Notes: a model not told the origin generated them from the letters alone. Counted from the stretch's first letter, positions 1-8,938 are shown. The stretch is 28,303 nucleotides of DNA from Myxococcota bacterium (GCA_044344255.1 JBIJDH010000046.1:1-28303), one strand, 5' to 3'. A program made the numbers and translations.

Positions 1-89
1 CGCGCCGAGCGGGGGCCCCGAGGAGCGCGAGCTCTTCGGGGCCTTCTGCATGGGGCGTCGATCACCGGAGGTCATTGGCGACAATACTG

Positions 90-242
90 CGTCCCCCTCC
101 GGCGCTCTGAGCGCCACCTCCCCCATAAGATGGGGGAGGATAATGACGGTAGGACCTGCCTATAGTGGGATGGCTCGTGACAAAGAACATCCTCCCCCAT
201 CCGATGGGGGAGGTGGTGCCGCTTCGGCACCGGAGGGGGACG
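90..242. repeat. Inverted pair of REP-like double-hairpin elements (REPIN/MITE-like)
   Basis: Left arm 90-141 is cgtccccctccgg-[cgctctgagcg]-ccacctcccccat-[aag]-atgggggaggat. The reverse complement of right arm 189-242 is cgtccccctccgg-[tgccgaagcggca]-ccacctcccccat-[cgg]-atgggggaggat. Each arm holds two hairpins; the 47-bp spacer is more AT-rich than the surrounding DNA. Confidence 0.85.
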
Positions 243-275
243 GCCGGCGACACTTCTTAGGAGGGGCGCGGCGGT

Positions 276-3077
276 TCAGGCCTTCGGCCGCCGGGTGACC
301 GTCTTCTTCGCGGGGGCCTCGGCCGCCGCCTCCGCCGCCCCTTCGGTCGCGGCCTTCTTGGCCGCGGGGGTCTTCTTGGCCGCGGGGGTCTTCTTGGCCG
401 CGGGGGTCTTCTTGGCCGCGGGGGCCTTCTTTGCCGCGGGGGCCGCCTTCGCGGCGGGCTTGGCGACAGGGGCCTTCCGAGCGGGCTTCTTGCCGGGCTT
501 CTTCGGCATGCCCTCGCGGGCGCGGATGAGCTCGAGGGCGGAGGCGAGGTCGAGCCCGGCGGGGTCCGTGCCCTTGGGGAGGGTGGCGTTCGTCTCGCCG
601 TCGGTCACGTAGGGGCCGAAGCGGCCGTCCTTGAGCTGCACGTTCCGACCCGTGGTGGGGTCGGGGCCGAGGGCCCGGGTCGAGCCGCCGCCGGGGGCGC
701 CGCGGCGGCGGGGCGGCTGCTTCAAGAGCTCGAGGGCCTCTTCAAGGCTGATGGTGAGCACCGAGGCGGAGTCTGGGATGCTGCGGGTGGCCTCGGCGCA
801 CTTGATGTAGGGGCCGAAGCGACCGTTGGAGGCGACGATCGGCTCACCGCTCTCCGGGTGGGGCCCGAGGTCGCGGGGGAGGCTGAGGAGCTGGAGCGCG
901 AGGTCGAGGTCGAGCTCCTCGGGGGACATCCCCTTGAGGAGGCCGGCGCGAGGCGGCTTCTCCATCTTCTTGGGGTCTGACTTCTTGGGCTTCTTGGGGT
1001 CTGTGATCTCTCCCAACTGTACATAGGGGCCGAAACGACCGTTCATCAGGAAGACGGTCTTCTCGGTCTCGGGGTCGCTCCCGAGCACCTTCGGGCCCTC
1101 CTGCCGCGTGCGGAGGAGCTCGGTGGCCCGCTCGAGGGTGAGCTCGTCGGGGGCGAGGTCACCGGGCACGTCGGCCTTGGACTCGCCGGCGGAGAGGAAG
1201 GGGCCCCAGCGGCCGACACGGAGGTCGACCGGCGTGCCGTCTTCGAGCTTGCCCACCGGCAGCGTGCAGACGGTGCGGGGGTCGATGGTGCCCTCGGCGG
1301 CCTGGAGCCGGTCCCGGAGGCCCTCCCCGCCGAGGAAGAAGCGGGAGAGGTATCGCTCGGAGTCGTCCTTGCCGAGCGCGATCTCGTCGAGCTGCTCCTC
1401 CATCCGCGCCGTGAAGTCGTAGTCCACGAGGTAGGAGAGGTGGGTCTCGAGCAGCCCGGTCACCGCGAAGGCGGTGAAGGTGGGCACGAGGGCGGTGCCC
1501 TTCTTGAAGACGTAGCCGCGGTTGAGGATGGTCTCGATGATCGCGGCGTAGGTCGAGGGCCGGCCGATGCCGCGGGCCTCCAGCTCCTTGACGAGGCTCG
1601 CCTCGGTGAGGCGGGCGGGGGGCTGCGTCTCGTGGCCGCGGGGCTGGAGGGCGGTGGTGGTGAGCGTGTCGCCCTTGCGGAGGGGCGGCAGGATGCGCTC
1701 CTGGTCGGCGAGCTCGGCCTCCGGGTTGTCGGAGCCCTCCACGTAGGCGCGGCGGTAGCCGGGGAATTCGATGGTCTTGCCGCGGGCCTGGAACTCCCCC
1801 TCGCCTGCGCTCACGAAGACGCTGACCAGCTTGCCGGTGGCGTCGGCCATCTGCGAGGCGACCGTGCGCTTCCAGATGAGGGCGTAGAGGCGGGCCTCGT
1901 CGACGTCGAGCTCCGCCTCGGCGGCCTCCATGCTGCGGAAGCTCGTGCCGGCGGGCCGGATCGCCTCGTGGGCCTCCTGGGCGTTCTTCACCTTGCTCGC
2001 GTAGACACGGGGCTTGTTCGGCAGGTAGGCCGAGCCGTATTGGTCTTGGATGAGCCGCCGCGCCGCCGCGAGGGCCTCGTCGGAGAGGGTGGTGGAGTCC
2101 GTACGCATGTACGTGATCCAGCCGGTCTCGTAGAGCTTTTGGGCCACCTGCATCGCGCGGCGGGCCGTCCAGCGGAGCTTACGGTTGGCCTCCTGCTGGA
2201 GGGTGCTCGTGGTGAAGGGCGCCGCGGGCCGATCGGTGTAGGGCTTCTCTTCGACCGAGGAGACCCGCGCCGGGCCGCCCTCGAGGCGGGTGACGACGGC
2301 GCGCGCCGTGGCCTCGTCGAGGACGAGCTTGGTGTCTTTGTCCTTGAGGTCCTTGAGGCGGCCCTGATCGTCGAAGTCCTTGCCGGTCGCGACGCGGGCG
2401 CCCTGCCAGCTCACGAGGTTGGCCTCGACCTCACCGCGTTCGCCCGAGAACTGACCGCTGACATCCCACCAGCCGGCCGAACGGAAGGCCATGCGGGCCC
2501 GCTCCCGCTCGACCACGAGGCGGACGGCCACCGACTGCACCCGCCCGGCGGAGAGCTGGGGCTTGATCTTCTTCCACAGCAGCGGGGAGACCTCGTAGCC
2601 GAAGAGGCGATCCACGATCCGGCGCGTCTCTTGGGCGCGGACGAGGTGGAGGTCGACCGCCCGCGGGTTCGCCAGGGCCTTCTTGATCGCCTCGCGGGTG
2701 ATCTCGTGGAAGACCAGCCGGTAGACGGGCACCTTGGGCTTCAGCACCTCGAGGAGGTGCCAGGAGATGCTCTCTCCCTCACGATCCTCGTCCGTCGCGA
2801 GGTAGAGGGCGGAGGCGTCTTCGAGGGCCTCCTTCAGCATCTTGACCTGGGCCTTCTTCTCGTTCGGCACGATGTAGAGCGGCTCGAAGCCCGCATCGAC
2901 GTTGACGCCGAGGCGAGCCCAAGGCTCCTTCTTCTTGTTGAGGGGGATCTCCGCGGCGTTTCGCGGGAGGTCGCGCACGTGCCCGACGGAGGCCTCGACG
3001 CGGTATTGCCCACCGAGGAACTTCGCGATGGTGCGAGCCTTGGCCGGGGACTCGACGATGACGAGCGGAGTTGCCAT
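276..3077 (-). CDS. topA: DNA topoisomerase I (type IA), 933 aa, with four Topo_C_Rpt-type C-terminal repeats and a Lys/Ala-rich tail
   Basis: TOPRIM start LVIVESPAKA, ATDEDREGE, SAGRVQS, catalytic region GWITYMRTDS, AHEAIRP, GIGRPSTYA; four GR(F/W)GP(Y/F) repeats and no tetracysteine Zn ribbons; PAAKK tail. Confidence 0.98.
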   Translation of the reverse strand: MATPLVIVESPAKARTIAKFLGGQYRVEASVGHVRDLPRNAAEIPLNKKKEPWARLGVNVDAGFEPLYIVPNEKKAQVKMLKEALEDASALYLATDEDREGESISWHLLEVLKPKVPVYRLVFHEITREAIKKALANPRAVDLHLVRAQETRRIVDRLFGYEVSPLLWKKIKPQLSAGRVQSVAVRLVVERERARMAFRSAGWWDVSGQFSGERGEVEANLVSWQGARVATGKDFDDQGRLKDLKDKDTKLVLDEATARAVVTRLEGGPARVSSVEEKPYTDRPAAPFTTSTLQQEANRKLRWTARRAMQVAQKLYETGWITYMRTDSTTLSDEALAAARRLIQDQYGSAYLPNKPRVYASKVKNAQEAHEAIRPAGTSFRSMEAAEAELDVDEARLYALIWKRTVASQMADATGKLVSVFVSAGEGEFQARGKTIEFPGYRRAYVEGSDNPEAELADQERILPPLRKGDTLTTTALQPRGHETQPPARLTEASLVKELEARGIGRPSTYAAIIETILNRGYVFKKGTALVPTFTAFAVTGLLETHLSYLVDYDFTARMEEQLDEIALGKDDSERYLSRFFLGGEGLRDRLQAAEGTIDPRTVCTLPVGKLEDGTPVDLRVGRWGPFLSAGESKADVPGDLAPDELTLERATELLRTRQEGPKVLGSDPETEKTVFLMNGRFGPYVQLGEITDPKKPKKSDPKKMEKPPRAGLLKGMSPEELDLDLALQLLSLPRDLGPHPESGEPIVASNGRFGPYIKCAEATRSIPDSASVLTISLEEALELLKQPPRRRGAPGGGSTRALGPDPTTGRNVQLKDGRFGPYVTDGETNATLPKGTDPAGLDLASALELIRAREGMPKKPGKKPARKAPVAKPAAKAAPAAKKAPAAKKTPAAKKTPAAKKTPAAKKAATEGAAEAAAEAPAKKTVTRRPKA
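355..444. repeat. Coding 18-bp tandem repeat (5 copies, ttcttggccgcgggggtc consensus) encoding (T/A)PAAKK in the TopA tail
   Basis: Three identical copies at 355-408 plus two variant copies at 409-444. Confidence 0.9.
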
Positions 3078-3173
3078 GCAGCCAGCCTCGGGGGCGGTCC
3101 GCCGGGAGGGCGGGGAGGGGGCCTTTGCTACACCGGGAGGGCGCCCACTGCAAGCGGCGTGCTAGACCGTCGG

Positions 3174-4097
3174 ATGGACCCGGACCTCCAGCGCTGGCTT
3201 GATCACCTCCGCGCCGAGCAGGGCGCCTCCCCGCACACGCTCCGCGCGTATGGCCATGATCTCGGCGCCCTCGTGGAGTGGCTGGGCGCGCGGGGAGGGG
3301 ATCTTCGAGGCTGCAGCCGCCGCGATCTCCGCGCCTGGCTCGCCGCCCGGCCCCCGCAGAGCCGAGACGGCCAGGGGCGCGCCGCCCCCGCGACGGTGAG
3401 CCGACGGATCTCCGCCCTCCGCTCCTTCTTCGGCTGGATGCTCGGAGCGGAGCTGCGGCCGGAAGACCCCACCCTCGGCCTCAAGGCCCCGAAGGTCCCC
3501 CGCACCACGCCCGACTTCCTCGACGTCGACGAGGCGGCGGCGGTGGTCGAGGCGCCGGCCCAGGAGGGCTGGTACCTGCTCCGCAACCGGGCCCTGCTCG
3601 AGCTCCTCTACGGGGCCGGCCTCCGGGTGAGCGAGGCCGTGGGCCTCGACCTCGCCGCGGTCGACCTCGAGGAGCGCCTCGTGCGGGTGCTCGGCAAGGG
3701 CAAGAAGACGCGCATCGTCCCCTTCGGCCCGCCCTGCGCCGAGGCCCTCGCCGCTTGGATGGAGGCCTTGCGGCCGCACCCAGGCCCCGGCGGCGGCCCG
3801 CTGTTCCGAAACCGGGTGGGCGGGCGCCTGAGCGCGCGCGGGGCCTGGCAGATCGTCGCCGACGCGGGGGCCAACAACGGCGTGGCGGGCCTCCATCCCC
3901 ACGCGCTCCGCCACTCCGCCGCGACCCACATGCTCGGCGCCGGGGCCGACCTGCGCAGCATCCAGGAGCAGCTCGGCCACAGCTCGCTCTCCACCACCCA
4001 GCGCTACACCCACGTAGACGCCGCCCAGCTCCTCGCGGTCTACCGGTCGGCCCACCCGCGGGCCCGCCGCGTCCGCTCCATGCCCGACGAGCCGTGA
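3174..4097 (+). CDS. xerC: Tyrosine recombinase, XerC-like (307 aa)
   Basis: C-terminal part of track ORF 1440..4097 from ATG 3174. N-terminal SAM-like domain (SPHTLRAYGHDL), catalytic R (LYGAGLRVSE), K (GKGKKTRIVP), HALRHS and LGHSSLSTTQRYTHV. XerC versus XerD is judged from sequence style and topA proximity and is not certain. Confidence 0.85.
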   Translation: MDPDLQRWLDHLRAEQGASPHTLRAYGHDLGALVEWLGARGGDLRGCSRRDLRAWLAARPPQSRDGQGRAAPATVSRRISALRSFFGWMLGAELRPEDPTLGLKAPKVPRTTPDFLDVDEAAAVVEAPAQEGWYLLRNRALLELLYGAGLRVSEAVGLDLAAVDLEERLVRVLGKGKKTRIVPFGPPCAEALAAWMEALRPHPGPGGGPLFRNRVGGRLSARGAWQIVADAGANNGVAGLHPHALRHSAATHMLGAGADLRSIQEQLGHSSLSTTQRYTHVDAAQLLAVYRSAHPRARRVRSMPDEP

Positions 4098-4142
4098 TTG
4101 AAGCGGGGGCGCCGCTGCGGTACAACCGGCCCTGAGGCAAAG

Positions 4143-5384
4143 ATGGCCACTCAGAACGAAGTCGAGAACGAAGTCGAGAGCGAAGTCGAGAACGAGACAG
4201 GGCTGGAGGCGGAGGCCGGAGACGAGAGCGGCGATCTGACCGCCGTGGAGCGAGAGGGCATCGATCGCCTCGGCCGGCTCGCGGAGTCCGCGACCCACTA
4301 CGAGCTGCTCGGCGTGTCGCTCGCCGCCGATCGAAAGGCCGTACAGGCTGCCTTCTATGAGCTGTCGCGGTCCTGGCACCCAGACCGCTTCTTTCGGCGG
4401 GAGATCGGCGAGTACGGAGACAAGCTGGAGTCTGCCTTTGTCGCCGTCACCGAGGCCTACCGGGTGCTCTCCGACGACAGTCGGCGCGCGATCTATGACG
4501 CCGAGCTCCGGTCTCGGCCCCCTGCGCCCATGGCCGCCTCCGCCGGTCGAAGCGGCGCCCCCAGCGGCTTCCCCAGCGCCGCCTCCTTCCCGGGCGGGCT
4601 CAGCGGCGGGGCCTCGCTCACCGGAGGGCCCTCGCTCAGCGGTGGGGCCTCGCTCAGCGGCGGTGCCTCCATGCGGGGCGAACGCTCGCTCCCGGGCGTG
4701 CACATCCTGCCCAATGAGCCCTCCCTGCCCGGGCACGAGGCGACGCTGCGCGGCCGGGGCCTCCCGCCCCGCGCCCCGGTCGCCGAGGCGCCCCGCTCCA
4801 GCCGGCCCACGATGGCCCGCCCCGAGTCCCCGGCGATGGTCGCCATGCGGGAGCAGGTCGCGGCGCAGCTCCGAAAGGCCCGCGCGCACTTCGAGCAGGG
4901 CAAGCAGGAGTTCGAGGCGGGCAACATCGTGAAGGCCTCGAGCGCCGTCGCGCTCGCCATCAGCTTTGACCCCAAGAACACGGAGTTCCAGGCGCTCCAC
5001 GAGAAGGTGCAGCGCGCGGCGCGAAAGACCCAGGCCTCCCACTTCGTGGCCCAGGCGGAGTCTGCGGAGGGCTTCGCCAACCTTCGTGAGGCGCTGGCGA
5101 TGTACCGCAAGGCCATCGACTACGGCACCGAGTCGGGGAAGGCCTACTACCGCGCTGTGATCCTGGCGCGGAAGCTCGAGGAGGGCGAAGACAAGCGCGC
5201 GAGCCTGGACATGCTGCGGAAGGCCTCCCGCTTCGAGCCGGACAACGCCGACGTCCGCTTCGCCCTCGGCCTGCTCTACATCGAGCTCGATCTCAAGCTC
5301 AACGCGCGGCGGGAGCTCGAGCACGTGCTCAAGGTGAAGAAGGACCACCCCGAGGCCAAAGAGGCGCTCAAGCGCGTGAAGTAG
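4143..5384 (+). CDS. J-domain (DnaJ-like) protein with Pro/Gly/Ser linker and C-terminal TPR repeats (413 aa)
   Basis: HYELLGV...WHPDRF...EAYRVLSDDSRRAIYD is a J domain with intact HPD. TPR-like helices follow (e.g. LRKASRFEPDNADVRFALGLLY). ATG 4143 is preferred to the track's TTG 4098. Confidence 0.9.
   Translation: MATQNEVENEVESEVENETGLEAEAGDESGDLTAVEREGIDRLGRLAESATHYELLGVSLAADRKAVQAAFYELSRSWHPDRFFRREIGEYGDKLESAFVAVTEAYRVLSDDSRRAIYDAELRSRPPAPMAASAGRSGAPSGFPSAASFPGGLSGGASLTGGPSLSGGASLSGGASMRGERSLPGVHILPNEPSLPGHEATLRGRGLPPRAPVAEAPRSSRPTMARPESPAMVAMREQVAAQLRKARAHFEQGKQEFEAGNIVKASSAVALAISFDPKNTEFQALHEKVQRAARKTQASHFVAQAESAEGFANLREALAMYRKAIDYGTESGKAYYRAVILARKLEEGEDKRASLDMLRKASRFEPDNADVRFALGLLYIELDLKLNARRELEHVLKVKKDHPEAKEALKRVK
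4154..4195 (+). repeat. Coding 12-bp tandem repeat (gaacgaagtcga x3.5) encoding NEVE
   Basis: Direct inspection; one mismatch in copy 3. Confidence 0.8.
4598..4670 (+). repeat. Coding 18-bp imperfect tandem repeat encoding LSGGAS (about 4 copies)
   Basis: Recurring (g/c)cctcgctca(g/c)cgg units; protein reads LSGGASLTGGPSLSGGASLSGGAS. Confidence 0.7.
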
Positions 5385-5528
5385 GGCGAGCCTAGTGCTT
5401 TCCCTCGCCGCTCTGCCACAATAGGGGAGGAGGGAGGGCGACCGATCCGGGTCCACGATCGCCTGGTGAGAGCCCCCTGCGCGCCCCGCGCCCTGTTCGA
5501 TCCGCCTGACCCCCACCCCGAGGCGACC

Positions 5529-6674
5529 ATGGATTTCGCGAGCAAAGGCCACAAGCAGCGTAAGGGCGGGCCGCCGAAGCCGGGGGGCAGCCGCGGGGGC
5601 AACGGGAAGCCCGAAGAGCAGGAGCTCCAGCGCGGCAACAGCGCCGCCGTGGCGCAGAAGGCCGAGCGGGAGGTCGAAGGCTCGAGCCAGGAAGACCTCG
5701 CCCTCTACGGCAACAAGGCGATGGTCGACTCCCTCGCCAAGACGGCCCCCGAGGCCGTCAAGTCGGCGGCCCACTCCACCTTCTCTGCCGCGATCGCCGC
5801 CTCGCCGATGGCCGCCTTCCTCAAGAGCTCCACCGAGAAGTCGACCACCGCCGATCAGGCCCAGGCCGTCGCCCAGGTCGCCCCCGCCAAGGGTGTCGAG
5901 AAGGACCCCGCCGCCCTCGCCGCGGGCGAGAAGGCGCCCGTCGGGAAGGACGGTAAGGAGTCCGAGGCGGTGAAGTCGGGCAAGGAGGCCATCGACGACA
6001 AGGCCGCGAAGGCGGCGGAGGTCGCTTCGCCGGAGAAGGCGGCGGTGGCCAAGGGCAAGGAGGCCGAGGGGGCCGGCCAGCAGGACAAGCGGAAGGCCGC
6101 CGAGGAGGCCACCCAGAAGGGCAAGTCGGCCGAGAAGGAAGACGAGCACGAGGCGAAGGCGGCCGCCGCGGTGGCGCCCACCGCCCACGAGCGGGCCACC
6201 ACGGCCCACGACAAGCGCGAGGCCGACTCCATCCTCACCGAGAAGAAGGAGCTCGAGCTCGCCGCCAAGGAGGGCCAGGAGAAGCTGATCCACGCCCGCG
6301 ACGAGAAGCAGAAGGCCGTGGCGGCCGCCGACACCGAGCTCACCAAGTCGAAGGCCGCCATGTACGGGGCCCGACAGGCCGAGCTCAACGCCCAGAGCGA
6401 CCTCGGCCTCGCCCAGTCGAAGGCCCGCTCCGGCGACCAGGCCGACGTGGCGAAGTACCAGGCGGCCGCGGACAAGGCCGCCGAGGCGCGGAAGGCCGCC
6501 GAGGCCCTGATGGCGGAGAAGAAGAAGATCGCCGAGACTCTCCACAAGGAGCTCGCGGCCGCCAAGCTCGCCCTCCGCGGCAAAGACGGCGCCCTCCAGG
6601 ACGCCGCGATCGACCGCAAGATGGCCGAGAAGAAGGTCTCCGACATGAACGCCGCCCCGGCCGGGGCCGCCTGA
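5529..6674 (+). CDS. Hypothetical Ala/Lys/Glu-rich protein, disordered N-terminus and coiled-coil C-terminal half (381 aa)
   Basis: Strong G/C third-position codon bias in this frame; ATG 5529 preceded by GAGG; low complexity with helical C-terminus; no recognisable catalytic motif. Confidence 0.8.
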   Translation: MDFASKGHKQRKGGPPKPGGSRGGNGKPEEQELQRGNSAAVAQKAEREVEGSSQEDLALYGNKAMVDSLAKTAPEAVKSAAHSTFSAAIAASPMAAFLKSSTEKSTTADQAQAVAQVAPAKGVEKDPAALAAGEKAPVGKDGKESEAVKSGKEAIDDKAAKAAEVASPEKAAVAKGKEAEGAGQQDKRKAAEEATQKGKSAEKEDEHEAKAAAAVAPTAHERATTAHDKREADSILTEKKELELAAKEGQEKLIHARDEKQKAVAAADTELTKSKAAMYGARQAELNAQSDLGLAQSKARSGDQADVAKYQAAADKAAEARKAAEALMAEKKKIAETLHKELAAAKLALRGKDGALQDAAIDRKMAEKKVSDMNAAPAGAA

Positions 6675-6686
6675 GCCCTCGGTCGC

Positions 6687-8843
6687 TCAGTCCGCCTCGC
6701 CGCGCTGGACCTCGGCCCACCGCACGGGGCGCACCACCTCGACCGCCCGCTCGGGGTACTCGAGCAGGGGGTGGTCGTCGGTGATCGGCCGGTCGGCCAC
6801 CACCCGCGTGCGCGCGTCGCCCTCATAGAGGCCCCAGAGGCCCTCCGTCGAACCCTCCTCCTGGAGGGCGGCGTCGAAGGTGCGGAGCTCGGCGGCGAAG
6901 CGGTCGCCCTTGGCCATTCGGGCGGCGAGTCCCTCGGGCGTCAGCGTGAGCGGGCGGTCGGAGGCGACGGTGACCATCCCGTCATTCCAGGTCACTCGAT
7001 AATCGAAGCGCTCGGCGAGGGTGCGCTGCACGAGCAGGGCCTGGGCGGCGATGCCCTCGTTGGCATAGACCACCACGACGCCCCCGGGCTCGAGGCGGGC
7101 CTCGATGAGGTCGAGGTACTCAAGCGACAGGAGCAGGCTCGAGCCTGCGGCCCGCAGGTGGAGGGGGGCCGACAGGATGAGGTCATATCGCTGCTCATTC
7201 AGGGCGAGGCCGGCCCGGGCGTCCATCCACATCCAGGCGATGGCGGGGTCGGTGAGCGAGCGGAGGGTGCCGGCCGGGCGGGCGGCGTGAAGGCGCTGGA
7301 GCGTGTGGTTGATCTCATAGGTGTCGACCTGCAGCCCCTCGACGCCGGCCAGCGTGACGCTCGAGATCCCGACGCCGCCCCCCACCACGAGGGCCCGCCG
7401 GAGCGGGGCCTCTCCCCGGCCGAGGACCGCGCCGGCCGCCATCAGCCAGGCATAAGGCTCGCCGATGTGGTCGGCGCCGTCCGACAGGCGGGTGTGCCAG
7501 AGGCCGTCGAGGTAGACCTGCCCGTCCTCCCCGAGCTCCACCACCCCGTCGCGGCCCCACCAGGCGAGCTCGCCGGCGTGCTCGGTGTGGTCGATGGTGA
7601 GCCCGTGGCCGAGCACGGCGACCGACAGGAGCGCGCCGGGCAGGGCCAGCCGCGGGCGCCAGGCCCCCGCCGCCACCGCGAGCACCCCCACGGCCAACGC
7701 CACCGCCCCGGAGGCCAGCGGCGCCTCGAAGCCGACCAGCGTGAAGCCGAGCACGCCGAGGCAGGAGCCGAGCGTGTTGGCCGCGCCGTATCGGCCGAGG
7801 TCTCTCCCCCAGTCCTCCGACAGGCTGCGGGCGAGGCCCCCATAGAGCGCGCCGAAGCCGAGGCAGGGCAGCGAGAAGAGCAGCGCCACAGGGGTGAGCC
7901 CGTAGCCGCCGCTGTCGCGGATGAACAGGAAGGCACCCGGCAGGAGGGCGACCGACAGGCCAGTCAAGGCCGCGACTGGGGGCACAGGCACCCGGAGCCG
8001 CCCCGACAGGGCCACCCCGACCGTCCAGGTGCCGAGGTAGGCGGAGAGGGCGACCGCGAAGGTGACGGGCAGCGGCTCGAAGCAGAGGGTGAGGGCCCGC
8101 AGGAGCAGCATCTCATAGGACAGGGAGAGGAGCCCCAGCGCCGCGCCCAGCGCCTCCTCGCGGCGCAGCGGTCGGCGGCCCTGGGCAGGCCGCGCCTCAA
8201 GGGCAGTCGCGGGGGAGCCAGGGTCGGACAGGCCGGCGAGCAGCGCCGCACCGAGGTTCCCGGCCACCGCCACGAGCAGGGCCGCCCGCTGGCCCCAGTG
8301 CGGGAGGAGCACCGCCGTCGACAGCCAGGCCCCGAGCGCGGCCCCCACGGTGTTCAGGACGAGCAGCGCCGAGACCAGCGCCCCCGTGTGCGCGCCGAGC
8401 TGACGCTGGCAGCCTGCGGCGGCGAGCGGCACCGTGGCCCCCATCAAGAGGGTGGGCGGGAGCAGGATGAGGGCGGCGCCCAGCCCGTAGACGAGCCGCA
8501 GCGGCAGCCCCACCGACAGGGCGAGCCGCCAGGCCCCGTACACGCTCTCGCGGAGGTCCTGGCCGAGGAGGCCCGCCACGCCGAGGTTCAAGAGGGCGAG
8601 CGCGCACTCCACCGCCGCGAGGGCGAGGAGCGGCCGCCGGAGGCCCGTGCTCCAGCGACCGGCGAGGGCCGAGCCGAGCCCGAGGCCGCCGAGGAAGACC
8701 ACCACCACGGTCATCGCCGAGAGGGACTCGCTGCCCCCGAGGTAGAGCTTGAGCGCCCGCTGCCAGACCACCTGGTTGAGGATGCTCGCCACCCCGGAGA
8801 GGAGCAGCCCGGTGAGCAAGGCGGCGAGGCGGGGTCGAGGCAT
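6687..8843 (-). CDS. Fused multi-TM membrane domain / spermidine-synthase-like SAM-binding domain protein (718 aa)
   Basis: N-terminal SGVASILNQVVWQRAL, LLPPTLLMGATVP and NTVGAALG membrane motifs, repeated in a second TM block (SYEMLLLRAL...NTLGSCLG). C-terminal LVVGGGVG, YEIN, DAR, YDLILS and ITDDHPLLEY. ATG 8843. Confidence 0.85.
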   Translation of the reverse strand: MPRPRLAALLTGLLLSGVASILNQVVWQRALKLYLGGSESLSAMTVVVVFLGGLGLGSALAGRWSTGLRRPLLALAAVECALALLNLGVAGLLGQDLRESVYGAWRLALSVGLPLRLVYGLGAALILLPPTLLMGATVPLAAAGCQRQLGAHTGALVSALLVLNTVGAALGAWLSTAVLLPHWGQRAALLVAVAGNLGAALLAGLSDPGSPATALEARPAQGRRPLRREEALGAALGLLSLSYEMLLLRALTLCFEPLPVTFAVALSAYLGTWTVGVALSGRLRVPVPPVAALTGLSVALLPGAFLFIRDSGGYGLTPVALLFSLPCLGFGALYGGLARSLSEDWGRDLGRYGAANTLGSCLGVLGFTLVGFEAPLASGAVALAVGVLAVAAGAWRPRLALPGALLSVAVLGHGLTIDHTEHAGELAWWGRDGVVELGEDGQVYLDGLWHTRLSDGADHIGEPYAWLMAAGAVLGRGEAPLRRALVVGGGVGISSVTLAGVEGLQVDTYEINHTLQRLHAARPAGTLRSLTDPAIAWMWMDARAGLALNEQRYDLILSAPLHLRAAGSSLLLSLEYLDLIEARLEPGGVVVVYANEGIAAQALLVQRTLAERFDYRVTWNDGMVTVASDRPLTLTPEGLAARMAKGDRFAAELRTFDAALQEEGSTEGLWGLYEGDARTRVVADRPITDDHPLLEYPERAVEVVRPVRWAEVQRGEAD

Positions 8844-8903
8844 CAAGGGTCCGGGTCGGGCGGCGCCGGGCGGCTAACCCACAGGGCGGGCGCGGGCGCG
8901 CGC

Positions 8904-8932
8904 TTGCCGGGCCCCCCCACCTGGGCGATACT
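8904..8932 (+). promoter_or_regulatory. Putative sigma70-type promoter (TTGCCG-17 bp-GATACT), probably leaderless, for the 8939 operon
   Basis: -35 at 8904-8909, 17-bp spacer, -10 at 8927-8932, ATG 6 nt downstream with no Shine-Dalgarno. Confidence 0.55.
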
Positions 8933-8938
8933 GCCCCC

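Noticed and set aside
1..298. Short ORFs 50..298 and 62..253, and a possible gene fragment at 1-75
   Set aside because: The short ORFs run through the palindromic element. The first 75 nt may belong to a neighbouring gene, but strand and frame cannot be determined from the window.
1440..3173. Long N-terminal extension of the recombinase ORF (885 aa in track)
   Set aside because: It is the antisense shadow of topA; recombinase similarity begins at ATG 3174.
3174..4097. Recombinase as prophage or genomic-island integrase
   Set aside because: Size and motifs fit chromosomal XerC/D; no arm-binding domain, att-like repeats, tRNA or phage genes nearby.
3162..6545. 1127-aa minus-strand ORF, and similar long ORFs 6771..9818, 9142..11535, 11731..14226, 17634..20624 and 25701..27953
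   Set aside because: Antisense or off-frame shadows of well-supported genes, expected in very GC-rich DNA; no recognisable domains.
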